Below, in pieces: positions 24,836-38,455 of a DNA stretch of 64,000 nucleotides. Within the stretch, counting starts at the first letter, position 1; each line of letters starts with the position of its first letter. The notes beneath the pieces were generated by a model. That model was given only the letters and a program-made list of their open reading frames with translations, made no database searches and was not told the DNA's origin. The stretch spans positions 26,970,001 through 27,034,000 of the forward strand of contig OX597829.1 in assembly GCA_951406725.2 (NCBI GenBank), read 5' to 3'. A program made the translations under genes and the position numbers. The DNA comes from Octopus vulgaris (taxonomy: Eukaryota).

Positions 24836-25739
24836 TAAGTCTAATATTTTTACAACTAGATGGTACTACAGTTAGTATTAATCATTGATGTGCAAAGATG
24901 TCATTTTAGACTAATGCAAACCTCGATGCGCATTTTTCAAGGGTGCAGCACAATGACAGCAGTGATATGGTTCATACTTACACCTATATAAGTTACTGCA
25001 TAGGGCAATGTTTTAAATGACACACAAATACATACTGCATCTTGCACACACAAACATAAATGAAGCTTCTATGTGGTCACTCAACATGCAAGAAATAGCA
25101 GCCAAACTTAAGTAATAGCTCACCATCTTCAACAACAAACAAAAACTGACACAGACATTGGCCAATGTAGGCTTGGAATATAGCATTGTCTAAAAATAAT
25201 AAGAGATGGTCATGGCAGAAATGCTTTAATCACAAGACTGCTTGATGGGAGTTAACCTGTGACCAATCATTACCAATAGTCACTTATAAGGACTTAAAAT
25301 ATTTGAGAGTGAGAGTGACACTAGTCTCTTTCAGCCTTTACAATCCGACTTCAATATGCCACAATACTATTTTTCCTCTCTTTTATCCTGCCTCTAAGTC
25401 TTCTCTTTGTTGCACTCTTACCTTGTACCTCTAAACTGAACCCACTGCTTTTACTCATATCTGGTGTATTTGTATGCACATATGCATTAATGCACACATA
25501 CTCTTTCTTCCGTTACAGTTACCTCCCTCCCTCCTCTGTAAGTGTGTGTGAGAGAGAGAGAGAGAGAGCAAGCACATGCCATGCAATGTAATACAGAACA
25601 TAAATGTTCTCTCCTTGAAATTAACTGCTCCCTAACTGCTGCAGTAACAACTAAACACTTTCAGCATGCAGTGGGATTGATACTATTTTGGTTAATTTTT
25701 AACAGATTAAGAAAACAAGAGAACAAAAAAAAGGGATAA

Positions 25740-26135
25740 TAGGGGTGGTGTGAGTGAAAGAGTGAGTAGGGGAGAGGTATGAGAGAATAGGAATGGGTGA
25801 TAAAGAGAACAGAAGTGGAGGGGGGGGTAAGAGAAATGAAGAGAAAAGTAGATAAGACATGCAGAGGTAACATAGAAAATGACAGAGAGAGGGAGTGTGG
25901 AATAGATAGAATAAATGGACAGAGAAAGACAGTGGTGAAATCAGAGAGAGAGAGAGAGCAAGATTCAGGACAAGAGAAAAAAGGAGAGGGGACTGGGACA
26001 GAAGAGAGAGAGAGGACAGAGAGAGAGAAGACTGAGAAGAGAGAGAGAGAGGACCAAGAGAGAGGGAGAGAGGACTGAGACAGAAAAGAGAGAGGTTGAG
26101 GAGGACAGGGAGTTAGAACAAAGAGAGAGTGACTC
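25740..26135. repeat. GA-rich low-complexity tract
   Basis: Purine-rich strand with (GA)n runs; explains ORFs 25661..26161 and 25797..26078. Confidence 0.8.
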
Positions 26136-26841
26136 AAAGTACTATTTCTCCCTTTGATCAATTAAAATTTGAAAAGTTTTGGGCTTTGATGTTTTAGTTT
26201 TTAGTTCCAACACTTAAATTTTTACCAAGCTTGGTAAAAGTAAATCTAATTCCTTTTATATGACATATAAAAGTTTAGAGCTAGATAATACTAAAAGTAT
26301 CATTAATAATTAAAATTACATCAACTGAATTATCTAATCTTTGGCATGGTGTGTTAATAAAATAAGTCACTAAAAGCACAGCTCTATCTTCACAATCACA
26401 AATCCAAACAATACATATCTTTTTAATTACAAAAAAATATTTTTGTCGTCATCTTTATAATTTTGCCAACTTCTGGGATCTACAAAAGTACTATTATCTG
26501 GCAGAATCATTAGCTTGCCAGGCAAAATGCTTAGTGGCATTTCGTCTTGTCTCATTCTGAGTTCAATCTCTGCTAAGGTCAACTTTGCCTTTCATCCTTT
26601 CAGGGTTAATGAAATAAGAACCAGTGAAACACTGGAGTTGATGTAACCGACTAGTCCCCTCCCAATAAATTTCAGGCTTTGTGCCTTTAGTAGAAAGGAT
26701 TCTCCATCAATTCCTAGGGATATCACAGGAAGGAATTTTATTCCGAAATATTATCAGACTATGGATTGTTAAATTACAACAGGTATATAGTCCATTGTTT
26801 GTATTATAGTGCATTGTTGTACCATTCGAAACATTTTATTC

Positions 26842-26874
<33 letters not shown>

Positions 26875-27074
26875 AACCCAATGGTATTCAAACTTATCTT
26901 GCATTGTCCCTCATTTGCAAAAATTTATTGTGAACCTTTTTTGAGCACCAGGCCCACTGCAGCAACAAGAAAACAAAATGAAGTTTGAATTCATTTAATT
27001 TGTTTCTCTTTGCCATCATGTTAGACAAGTGTCTTACCTGAGATAGTAATTTGTTTGTTTCTTTTCAATTCCAA

Positions 27075-27920
27075 CATGAAATTTTGATGGAAGGCTTAAA
27101 TCTAGATTTCTTTAACCCTTTCATTATATTTCAGTTGAAATACACTCTGCATTTCAATGAAGAATGGAGTAAAATAACTGTCATTACTATGCAGAGTTTG
27201 GCAAATAGCATGAAATTTCTATGAAAGCTTTTAGTTTAACCCATCAGCAGTTAAAATGGCCTCTTCCTGCCAAAATATTCCACCAGCTTTGTTAAAACTG
27301 GCCAGATTCAGCCTCTTACATTTTTACCTTACAATGACATTCTAAAAATAAACAATCCACATCATTAACTCAAGACTATGAGATAACACATGATTAGTTC
27401 AAAGCAATGTGAATAAGCAGTCATTTGACAGAATAATCCGAATGCGAAAGGATTAAATCACTTTAACCTTCTTGTTGTATTTCCGGTAAAATATACTGCC
27501 TTTGTTTGAATTAATTTTGAGAACAATGAAGAATTTAGTAGAAAGAAAAATTCATTAAACTGGTGTTAAGAACATAAATTAACATGAAATTTTTATGGAA
27601 TGTTTTAATTTAGATCACTTTAAAACAGGAAGTTGGTATGACCGTGTAAGGCGGCGAGCTGGCAGAAACATTAGTACGCCAGGCAAAATGCTCAGCGGTA
27701 TTTTGTCTGCCGCTACGTTCTGAGTTCAAATTCCGCCAAGGTCAACTTTACCTTTCATCCTTCCAGAGTCGATTAAATAAGTACCAGTTACGCACTGGGG
27801 TCGATATAATCGACTTAATCCATTTGTCTGTCCTTGTTTGTCCCCTCTGTGTTTAGCCCCTTGTGGGCAGTAAAGAAATAAGAAGTAGGGGTGGTCACAG
27901 TCAAGTTGGCATCAAAAGGA
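27075..27920. mobile_element. Nested stack of TTAA MITEs (A, A, B, A) plus a SINE
   Basis: New elements begin after TTAA at 27112-15, 27236-39 and 27463-66; B copy 27240-27452 is bounded by TTAA on both sides; the last A copy is split by the SINE at 27648-27884. Confidence 0.7.
27648..27884 (+). mobile_element. tRNA-derived SINE with Meta-like core, full length
   Basis: Head GGCGGCGAGCTGGCAGAA, B-box-like GAGTTCAAATTCC, core CCTTTCATCCTT...GTCGATTAAATAAGTACCAG; copies at ~26500-26700, 35265-35450, 41543-41757, 43280-43458 and in the 58-64 kb cluster. Confidence 0.85.
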
Positions 27921-30900
27921 TTATTTCTCACAGCCCTTAAACCAGACAGCCATAACACACTCTCTCAGAAAATGCATTTCGTAGACTTCATTTACAGTAT
28001 CTTGTGCTTTTTGGATTACATGTATGAATAAAACTGATTTGGAAAATTGAAACTGAAGTGGGAGGTCTGTGACAGGAAAGAAAGAAAGAGTGAGAGAGCA
28101 GGGAGGTGGTAAATTTGATAAATATTCTACTTGAGATAGCAAAAACAATCTTAATTAAAAATCTTCAGAAAAACATTATCATGGCAGTGATTGTGGTTGA
28201 CCATTATTGTAAAGCAATGGTGTTAAGTCATCATTACCATTTTAACACTTTCTATACTTGCATTGGATGGAAGGACAGGCAGAATTCACTGAGGCAAATT
28301 GTCTGCAGTTGGATGCCCTTCCTGTCACCAACCTTCACTCGTTTCCATCATCCAAGTAAGGTAATAAACATTTCCCTATGGCTGGACAAGTTTTCACAGA
28401 ATATTGGAAATAAATGACACTGCTTGTGTGACAGTGACATTACAATCATCAAGCAACATCAAGACAAGGAAACAAATACACCGACTCACATATAGCATCA
28501 TCACTGTTTCACATCCACTTCTCCATTTTTGCAGGAGTCACATTTTCTATGACCGGACGCCATTAATGTCACTAACTTTCTCTGGTTTCCCAGTAAGTCA
28601 ATATTTTCACATGACCAAACGTTTTCATAGAATGTTGGAAATGAGTGACATTGCATGTATGACAGTCACATTCACAACTATCATGCCATGTCAAAACAAA
28701 GGGACAAACATACTAAGACAACAGGCTTCTTTCAGTTTCCATCTATGGAATTCACTCACAAGGCTCTGGTTGGCTAGGGCTATAATAAATTATATTTATC
28801 CAAAATGTCACACAGTGGAACTGAACATGAAAATGTGGTTGGGAATCAAATTCCTTGACCACACACCATTTATAAGTGATGTAAAGAGGAAACAAAATAG
28901 AATTTTCTAAATCTAGACCTGAAGTCCATGGCGGTTACCTGTTATCATGAAGATGCATGGATCCAACCTACGACACACGGAAAACTGAGGTAAAATGATA
29001 CTTGAATGTTATTTTATAAATATGGGTTGATGGAAAAGCATTTTAGATTCCACATATTCCACTTTCAGAGTTAAAAAAGATTCCACGGGATTCAAATAAA
29101 ACCAGTGGCCAAATCTTTCCCAGACCATACCCAAGATACACAAAGTATTTTTTAATATATTAGGCTTTAAAGGTCTGTTTCTTGTATCACAGGTGATCCA
29201 AGGCTTAATAACATTGCTAATGAGTTTTCACACCTTAACCAATCATGAAACAAAAAAGGCAAACAACTATACTGTACTTCCTAACTAACCCATCAACAGA
29301 GAAAAGAACTGTCCCACCTCCCTCCTCCTACCACCACCACCAATGATGTAAGAGAAGGTTCTTGCATAATAAGTTTTCTCAAGTATTCTCAGCCTGATAT
29401 CATCGGAAAAGATACCATGTATCCACCACCACCACCACATACATGGAAATATTTTCTCAGTGGAAATGCAATATTTTTTAGATAGGATAACAACTTTGAG
29501 GTAGGGAAAGGAAGGGTTAATGATGTGGAAATGGTGGTGGAGGTTTCTCCCACCCACACCACCTCCAAAAAACACCAACCCACTTTTCTTTAATGGGCTT
29601 TTTTTTTATTTCATTGCTAATATTTATTATTATTTTTTTTTAATGCCATCTGGTGGTGTATGTTAAGAGTGTTATTACAAGATAAGAGTTGTTCGGAGTG
29701 TTAATAAGTAGGTTATTTTACTCAAAACTAATTTAGTTTGTGGTTTAGTGATGAATTAGCTATGTTTGTTTTTGTTTTTTCTTACTCTTTTGATAAAATA
29801 GAAAAAAAAGAATAACTTCCTATTGCTTACTCCATACATACACACAGTCCGTTGTATTTTGTTTTATGGCTATTTAATAATTTGGGATTCTTCCTCCTCG
29901 GGATCACATACCTAGAACATTTCCACCCAGTTTCTGAGATCAGGATTCACACAGACTTTGACAGTTTGAATTATAACTTTAGGTCGCAGCAAACAGGAAT
30001 TTAATGAGTATAGTGAATGGAACATTACTATATCCATTGTGTGAATGTTTTGGAAAGGACAATCAGCTGAAAAGGTCAGCACATTCAATCCTGTCAGTAA
30101 CATTTACTAAGTTCATGGCTAAGATACTACTGTGAACAGGCCATCCAGACCACCAAGCTGTATGTAGGTACCACAGTGTGGTATATAGTTCACCACTGAA
30201 AGCAGAACTACGACTCTGGAAACTGATAAAGAACTCACTGGCTTACTGGTCTGTCCATGAAGTCAGTGCCTCAAATTGTATGATGACAGATGATGGCATT
30301 TGCATAGTAAAAGAGTCTATATGGTTATAACAAACAAGTAAAAGTGTAATTGGTATAACAGAATCTTGTGGCACACCAGTATTGATAAAAGGTAGATCAT
30401 AGATGTGTGCATGCTGTAATAGAGTAACTTATGAGGAAAATTTTGATCCAAGAAGCAAGAGACAGATGGCATAAGAGACCGATAGAATAAGTACTAGGCT
30501 TCCGAAGAATAAGTCCTGGGGTCGATCTGCTCGACTAAAGGTGGTGCTCCAGTATGGCCGCAGTCAAATGACTGAAACAAGTAAAAGAGTAAACCGACAC
30601 CAGTTGTCAAACGGGCAGGGGGATACACACACACACACACAGAGTTTCTATCTACCAAATTCACTCATAAGACATTGGTTAGTCTATGATATCAAGGGCT
30701 GCAACATTAGTTTCACTGCAATTTTTTAAAAACACCAGAAACCACTGGTGCCTAACAGAAAATCAAGTACTGTATAACGGTGGTCACTGAGAAAGGAAGT
30801 GACAGGGTTCAAGATGATGAAAGAAATGGTTACTTGTATCTGTCAGAATCACTTCTGAGGAAAATGAAAGCAAAAGTCATTAAGTTGCACTGATTAGTAA

Positions 30901-31696
30901 TGGGATACACAATTGTGGGTAATAAGGGAGATGCTACCAAGATTAATTTGGTTAATTGAAGAGCTCAAAGAAGTTATCACATTTGGTGACATGACAGGAG
31001 TTGAAGAATGGAAGCACAACAATCAGGAAAATGTAGTGCTTTCATCAGCAGACATGTTACTCACTAACAAAGTTATTTCAGCTCTCTTTAGTAAAAAGAG
31101 CAAGAAATGTCTGGTTACAATTTGAGAGGTAAGCAAACATCCTTTACTTCTTAAATGAACATCTTGCATGCATTGTCATCAGTGGAATGGCCTCCTCCAA
31201 GTATTAGGAAGAATGTTCTTTATCTGTATAGCTGCAAGAGTCGCTTGGGATTATACACAGAACCAGATTAAGATTGCAGTCTATTAGGCTTTAAGTACTT
31301 AAATTTCTTGAGCCATTCAAGCTGGCAGAGGACCATAGATTACAGTTCTCAAAGCATACGCCCTAATTACAACTTATGTAGTAATGTGGAAAGTGAGAAT
31401 ACTTATGAAGATGGTATTGCTAACCCACTTACCTGTCTCAGATAAGTCAGAAGAAAAGCACAGTTTGTTAAGAATATTTAGCTTCAACTAGTAAGCCAAA
31501 TTGGAACACCAGAATCACAGGGACTTGGAACAAAGAATATTATTTAGAGCAAAAGCAAACCTCACCACACAGATTAACTGTCTCACTCACACACACACAC
31601 AGACACATCACCATCACTTATTACAGTCACCTTTATCCCATCTCTAACTAGATCTCCTCACATTCTTATGAAACTTCCCCCTGCCCACTCAGTTCA

Positions 31697-31891
31697 ATCC
31701 TTTGTAATCACTTCACTGTACCTTGAGATGTTCTGTGTTTCTTTCGGTTACTTTAAATATAACAAAGTAAAATAACTTAGTTATCATTAAGCTTAGTGTT
31801 AGGAACATAAATTGTGACTAAGGTTTGGTGGAAGATTTTAATTCAAAACTTATGAAAACAAGATATATCAACCAGGTTGGTAACAAACGGG
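31697..31891 (-). mobile_element. Family A TTAA MITE
   Basis: Reverse complement of 20511-20729; ends GGG followed by TTAA (31892-31895). Confidence 0.75.
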
Positions 31892-32361
31892 TTAAGGTGC
31901 TTCCTAACTAGAATAAGCATGAATCATTGAGACAATACTGACCTTTTGAATTATAAAGGCATAGTCTATGTGAAAGGTTTCCACAGTTTTCCTCTATCCA
32001 ACGTTATTCACAAGATTTGGCCATCCCAGGTTTATGCTGAAAGTCATTTGCTCAAAATACTATGCAGCAGAATTGAACCCAATCCCTCATGATTACACAC
32101 TTGGCCAAGTGTCTTCTGCTACAGCCTCACCAACTAAATCTTTGTAAGTGGAATTGATAGACGGAAACTGAAAGAAGTATATATGTGTGTGTTCCCCACC
32201 ACCACTTAGCAGTTCAGCAAAGGACACCAATAGAATAAGTACCAGGTTTAAAGAATAAGTACTGGGATCAAGTCATTCAACTAAAACTCTTCAAGGTGGT
32301 GCCTAGTCTAATGACTGAATCAAGTAAAAAATAAAAGTGTGCATGTGTGCGTTTGTGTGTG

Positions 32362-32393
<32 letters not shown>

Positions 32394-32454
32394 GGAAACT
32401 ATTCAGAAAATTTCTGCTCAAGATAGAAGCAATATACGAACCAAAAGGTAGTAT

Positions 32455-32954
32455 TTTAATGTGTGTTCTCTAAGAGACATTACTAATTTTAACCCCAGGA
32501 AGAGACCTCTTCCTGCAGGTCTTTTCAGTGCACTTTCCACACTCAATATTTATTAAAAGTGCCAGATAACTCTTACCATTCTAGCTTTGATACCACCAAA
32601 CCATGTGATTTCAGTCTTATTGGATTGTGTACTGCTTCTTTCTCAAACAGAGATATTCTAATTGACTAGTTTCCTAGTTACAGAATCAGTGATTGTATGA
32701 CACCGTATTTTCTATATATTGCAAGTGAGGTTAAACTATTTCTGTGCCTGGCAAATGAGTGCCCACCACTGAAGAGATCCAATAAGTTTGAAATCATGTA
32801 GCCTGGTGGTCGCACAGCTAGGATGGTAGTAGTTACCTCACGCTTGCAATAAATATCAAGTGTGGAAAGTTCACTGAATAAAGCAGCTGGAAGAGATATC
32901 TTCCTGGGGTTAAAACTGCAATTTCATCATCTCTTAGAGAATATCCACATTAAA
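32455..32954. mobile_element. Old inverted-repeat insert with a degenerate hammerhead at 32763-32809 (+)
   Basis: Diverged arms ~32455-32625 and ~32777-32954; ccacca-CTGAAGA-gatccaataagttt-GAAA-tcatgtag-CC-tggtgg. Confidence 0.65.
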
Positions 32955-33286
32955 GTGGGGATAAACACTATCATCATCATCATCGTTTAACATCCGCTCT
33001 CCATGCTAGCATGGGTTGGACAGTTCAACTGGGGTCTGGAAAGCCAGAAGGCTGCACCAAGCCCAGTCTGATCTGGCAGTGTTTCTACGGCTGGATGCCC
33101 TTCCTAACGTCAACCACTCCGTGAGTGTAGTGGGTGCTTTTTATGTGCCACCGGCACAGGTGCCAGACGAAGCTGGCAAACGGCCATGATCACGATCGGA
33201 TGGTGCTTCCAAACTTACAGGGAAAAAAATTCAATTTAGAAATACTAAATCAAATTTCACACAATATAATATATATATATATATAA

Positions 33287-33676
<390 letters not shown>

Positions 33677-34332
33677 AAGTGTAGAACTCAAAGCAGATAA
33701 TGCTAAAAATAACATGTAATTATTGGATTAAATACTAGCTTTATTTACAAGTTCTGTTTTTATTTCACGTCCCTCAAAGTTTCTAAATTCTTATGACATA
33801 CGACACCAACCCCAGATAGTCTTCATTCTCACCAGAAAATGGGCTTGACAGATGGTCATGAGCATTTAGTCTTTCCTTTATGAAAAATGCATCACCCACC
33901 ATAAGTTAGTAATTAGTGACTTCAGAATAAGCTCTGGATGGACCAAGTGATGTAGAAGAAAAATTCAGTGAAGTACTAATTAAAGCATTTGATGACAAGG
34001 GAGAGGAGACAGAAACTTATAATAGAGAGAAAATCTAGGAGTGTCTTCAGAGCGACCTGTTTCTGACTGAAGGCCTCAACCAATCAGAAGGTAACATGGT
34101 GGAGGAAGAGTGCAGTAGATATGGCTATATAACAGACGGGATGGGGATAAATTGGAAGAAACAGGGTAGCCAGCAAAAAAAATTAAAAAGCTATAAGAGA
34201 TGCTAGACATCAAATATACTCTGCATGCTTGTGATTTGCAATGTAAAAGATCAGCGGTACAAGGTGTCTTGTATTATTAAACAGTGTACTAAAGAGAATT
34301 ATGATATCATTGGGAAGAAATGTAATATACAA

Positions 34333-34373
<41 letters not shown>

Positions 34374-34676
34374 ATAAACAAATAAAAGAATGTGTGTGTA
34401 TGTGCACACGCATGCAAAATTGCTTTCTGCCTCTTCTCTGAAGATAGAGAATACATAGAAAATAATCTGTCCCAACAAACCTAACAGAGGGATTGGCCAT
34501 CCAGGTTGACAACAGGTGGATAAAATATGAAGGCAAAGAAAGCAGCTGGCCCAATAGAGATATAGTCATTGTGCACTTGAATTAATCCATCACATAATAG
34601 ATGAAAGCATTATAGTCAATGACAGGTACAGTAGCACCAGTGTCAACTGTAAGAAAGGCAAACAAGACATGATAGG

Positions 34677-34766
34677 GAAAGAGGAAACCACAAAGATATC
34701 AAACTGTGGAACCAGGTCAGAGAAAGAGGAAACCACAAAGATATCAAACTGTGGAACCAGGTCACA
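34677..34766. repeat. 45-bp tandem duplication
   Basis: GAAAGAGGAAACCACAAAGATATCAAACTGTGGAACCAGGTCA occurs twice in tandem. Confidence 0.9.
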
Positions 34767-34784
34767 GAAGCTACAAAATGAGTT

Positions 34785-35165
34785 CTTTTATTCTTTTACT
34801 TGCTTCAGTCACTTGACAGGGGCCAGGCTGAAGCACTGCCTTTAACCAAACAAATCAACCCCAGGACTTATTCTTGCAAGCCTAGTACTTATTCTATCGG
34901 TCTCTTTTGCCGAACCGCTAAGTTAGGGGATGTAAACACACCAACATTGGTTGTCAAGCAATGGTGGGGGGGGGGGACAAACAGACACACAATTACATTT
35001 ATATATATACGACAGGCTTCTTTCAGTTTCCATCTACTAAATCCACTGAAGGATTTGGTCAGCCTGAGGCTATAGTAGAAGACACTTGCCCTAGGAGCCA
35101 TGCAGTGGGTCTAAACCCAGAACCATGTGACTGGGAAGCAAGCATCTTACCACACAGCCACTCCT
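34785..35165 (-). mobile_element. OK-like SINE
   Basis: Reverse-complement match to the family. Confidence 0.88.
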
Positions 35166-35538
35166 GTTGCAAAATTGATTAGGAATTTAGATGAGATGGG
35201 TTTAGATGAGATGTGATGCAGTTATTTGTGAAGGTGGTGTTCTGAAATCAACCCCAATATATAATGGTTTCAACTTTTGACGCAAGATCATCAATTTTAG
35301 GGAGAAGGCATAAGTTGATTACATCGACTCCAGTATTTAAATGGTATTTTATATTATCAATCCCAAAAGGATAAAAGGCAAAAATTATCTCAGTGGGATT
35401 TGAACTCAGCATGTAATCTTTCTAATGATTCTGCCAGCTCATTCACTTCATCAATACATAATATAACCAGATTAACAGAAAATGACAAGCGGAATTGTTA
35501 AGAGAATAGAAAGAAAAGGGTATAAGAATTAACGTACT

Positions 35539-36770
35539 AAATTTCAGGTGTGGAAGCAAGGTCTAGAATCTAAGGGCCTTAGAGTCAATTTAGCTAAGAC
35601 CAAAGTTCTAGCAAGTAGGAAAACAGACAAATCACAAATCCCTTCAGGTAGATCATCATCATCATTTAACGTCCGCTTTCCATGCTAGCATGGGTTGGAC
35701 GGTTCAACTGGGGTCTGGGAAGCCAGAAGGGTGCACCAGGCCCAGTCTGATCTGGCAGTGTTTCTACAGCTGGATGCCCTTCATAACACCAACCACTGTG
35801 AGTGTAGTGGGTGCTAGGATACCCAGTGCATGCTATGAAGACATAAGAGGAGCAGTGGTGTCACGGGAAGGTTAACAGAGAAAGTCTTTGTGTGTGTGTG
35901 GTAGATGTGCAGTTACAATGAACACTAAGGATGTGCAAAGAATAGACTTCATCAAATGTTGGGAGTGGTTGTTAGAAGTACATAGCTTATGTTACCTAGG
36001 TAACCAAGTTAGCAGAGGAAGAGGATGCTCTGAAAGCATAGTTGCTAGAATAAGAACATGCTGGACAAAGTTCAAAGAACTACTACCTTTGCTAGTAACA
36101 AAGGACCCCCTCCCCCTAAGAGTGAAAGGCAGATTGTAGGATGCCTGTGTATGTACAAACTATACTATGTGGCAGTGAAATATGGGCAGTGACTACAGAG
36201 GACATGCAAAGGCTTGAAAGAAATGAAGCCAAAGCCAGCATGCTCTGCTGGATGGGTAATGACAGTGAGTAATGGATTAAAGAGTAAAATTGAGTACAAG
36301 AGGCATCAGTTGAAGTGTGTAAGAGAGAAGACTGCAGTGGTATGGTCAAATGATGCATATGAATGAAGACAGCTTTGTCTAATTGTGGAGGGAACTTGTG
36401 GAAGGGGTAGACCCAGGAAGATGTGGGATGAAATGGTGAAAGAGGATTTTCAGACTTTGGGCCTCACAGAGGAGATAAGGGATTGAGACTTCTAGCAAAG
36501 TCATTGTCAAGCTCAGTAAAATCATCGTAGCCATCCATACATATAGATATGTTTTTACAGTCATACTCCACAGGTCCATCCTCCCTTCAGCTGGGAGGAT
36601 CCTGTCATGTGGGTGCTGGTGTTACATAAAAGGCACCAGAGCCGGTGCCATGTAAAAGGCATCAAAGCCAGTGTCACGTCTAAGGTACGTGCGCCAGTGC
36701 CACGTATCAGACACACATGCCAGTGCCATATGAGGCACCCGTGACAGCGCATTTGAATGAAAATGCCTTG
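35539..36770 (+). pseudogene. Decayed RTE LINE (RT C-terminal region and 3' UTR), interrupted by an antisense RTE tail at 35653-35815
   Basis: KFQVWKQGLESKGLRVNLAKTKVL; CYLGNQVSRGRGCSESIVARIRTCWTKFKELLPLLVTK; CGSEIWAVTTEDMQRLERNEA; GRGRPRKMW. Confidence 0.85.
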
Positions 36771-37911
36771 TGGTATTAACTGCGTCACTGTCAATATTAG
36801 AAATAATGCAGAGAAACAGAATCTGTTCAGTTAGAAAACCAATAACAATGCTATTATTCACAAAATGTGTGAAGAGAGAGGGAGAGATTTTCTGGTCAAG
36901 GATTAAGGGACCAAGTGTCTCAGTTGCTACTACCCAAATCTAAATAAAGAGAGGTCCTTACATTTGCTTGAAATTATAGGAATTCAAATATTTACCATGA
37001 TATAAGAGTATGAAACCAATTCAGATTTGCAGGTTATTAACTTATTTTCCCCTACCTACCAACCCACATACAGACCACCACTACTTTTCTGAAACTTTGG
37101 TTTATATTTCCTCTTAAATTATTGACAGTGCGTAAGGGGTGGGGTCGGAGTGGAGCAATTCTCCCTTCCCCTCTCACCTACCTCTCATTCTTTCCCAATT
37201 TAGCTGTCTCCCTAACAGTAGGAAGGGAGAAAAGAAAATAATGGAGAGAGAGAGAGAGAGAGAATATACTAAATGAAGGTGTAAGGAGGGGAAGAAGAGG
37301 AACAGATAACTGAATGAAACTTAGCAAGATTACAAGAGATTTGACCCTAAAATGTGTGTGTATGTGTAGGAGAGAAAGAGCAACAGTATTTAAGAGAGAG
37401 GGGAGTGGAGAATATTCTGCAAGGCATACTATGTTCCCTGAATCCCACCCTATCCAAGAGGTTGGGGCAATTAGTGTGATGGAGAATGGGAGATCATGGT
37501 GGGGGGGTGTACAGAGCCAGTCAGTGGTAGAAGGAAGATGTGAAAGACAAAAGGGGGTGGAAATAAAAACAAACAATAAACTCCACCAAAAGAACAAAGT
37601 TTAGTGAATGAAAAGAGTCACATTAGTCTGTTTTCAGTTGCTCTTTTCCTTTTTCTTTTCAAGTTATTACAATAATAATAGCAAGCAGCACCAGAAACTA
37701 GCCTAGTTTCAGTAATCTGTTTTTTGTTATAGGTTCTTTTTCTCTTTTCCTTTTTGCAGGATGGGGAGGAGGAAGGAGCCGGGGGGGGGCAGAGAAAGAT
37801 TTGGGAGACAGAAAAACTATGCATGAAGCTATGTATAATGCTAAACAGAAAAAAATATTTTTCAGAGTCATTGAAAAAAAAACCAAATATATATATATAT
37901 ATATATATATA

Positions 37912-38455
37912 TCTAATGTAGGATAAAATTTTTTCGAAAAAAAAAAATTTTATCAATGGCCAGCATATTAAAAAATACCTTTAAAGGTTAAATTATAAAC
38001 AACTTATAAATAAGGGCAAATGAAAAAATTTCTAATGCCAAATATGCCGAAAATTGGACATATTGTCCATTTACCATATCATTTTTTTCCCAGCACGCAC
38101 ACTACTCGAAAAAAGGCCCGACAGAAATCTCTAAAAAATTCCATTATTACCATATCGGACCGATTTCAGGGTTAGTTCAAAAAGAACCCTCCCTTCGTCA
38201 GTGATACATGTGGCAAAGAAGTAAATTAGATACTTACTCATACCACATGTATCACTGACGAAGGGAGGGTTCTTTTTGAACTAACCCTGAAATCGGTCCG
38301 ATATGGTAATAATGGAATTTTTTAGAGATTTCTGTCGGCCTTTTTTCGAGTAGTGTGCGTACTGGGAAAAAAATGATATGGTAAATGGACAATATGTCCA
38401 ATTTTTGGCATATTTGGCATTAGAAATTTTTAGTTTGCCCTTATTTATAAGTTGT
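37912..38455. mobile_element. Palindromic (TA)n insert with a canonical-core hammerhead in each arm
   Basis: Arms 37999-38213 and 38243-38455 (~213 bp, few mismatches), 29-nt spacer. Confidence 0.88.
38249..38304 (+). ncRNA. Minimal type I hammerhead ribozyme (mirror copy at 38152-38207, minus strand)
   Basis: gtatca-CTGACGA-aggg...ccct-GAAA-tcgg-TC-cgatat; GUC cleavage triplet; A.C mismatch at the first pair of stem I. Confidence 0.75.

Noticed and set aside
30690-31280. Possible mariner transposase remnant
   Set aside because: Only a vague impression from the start of the segment; no WVPHEL, YSPDL or DD34D motif could be read.
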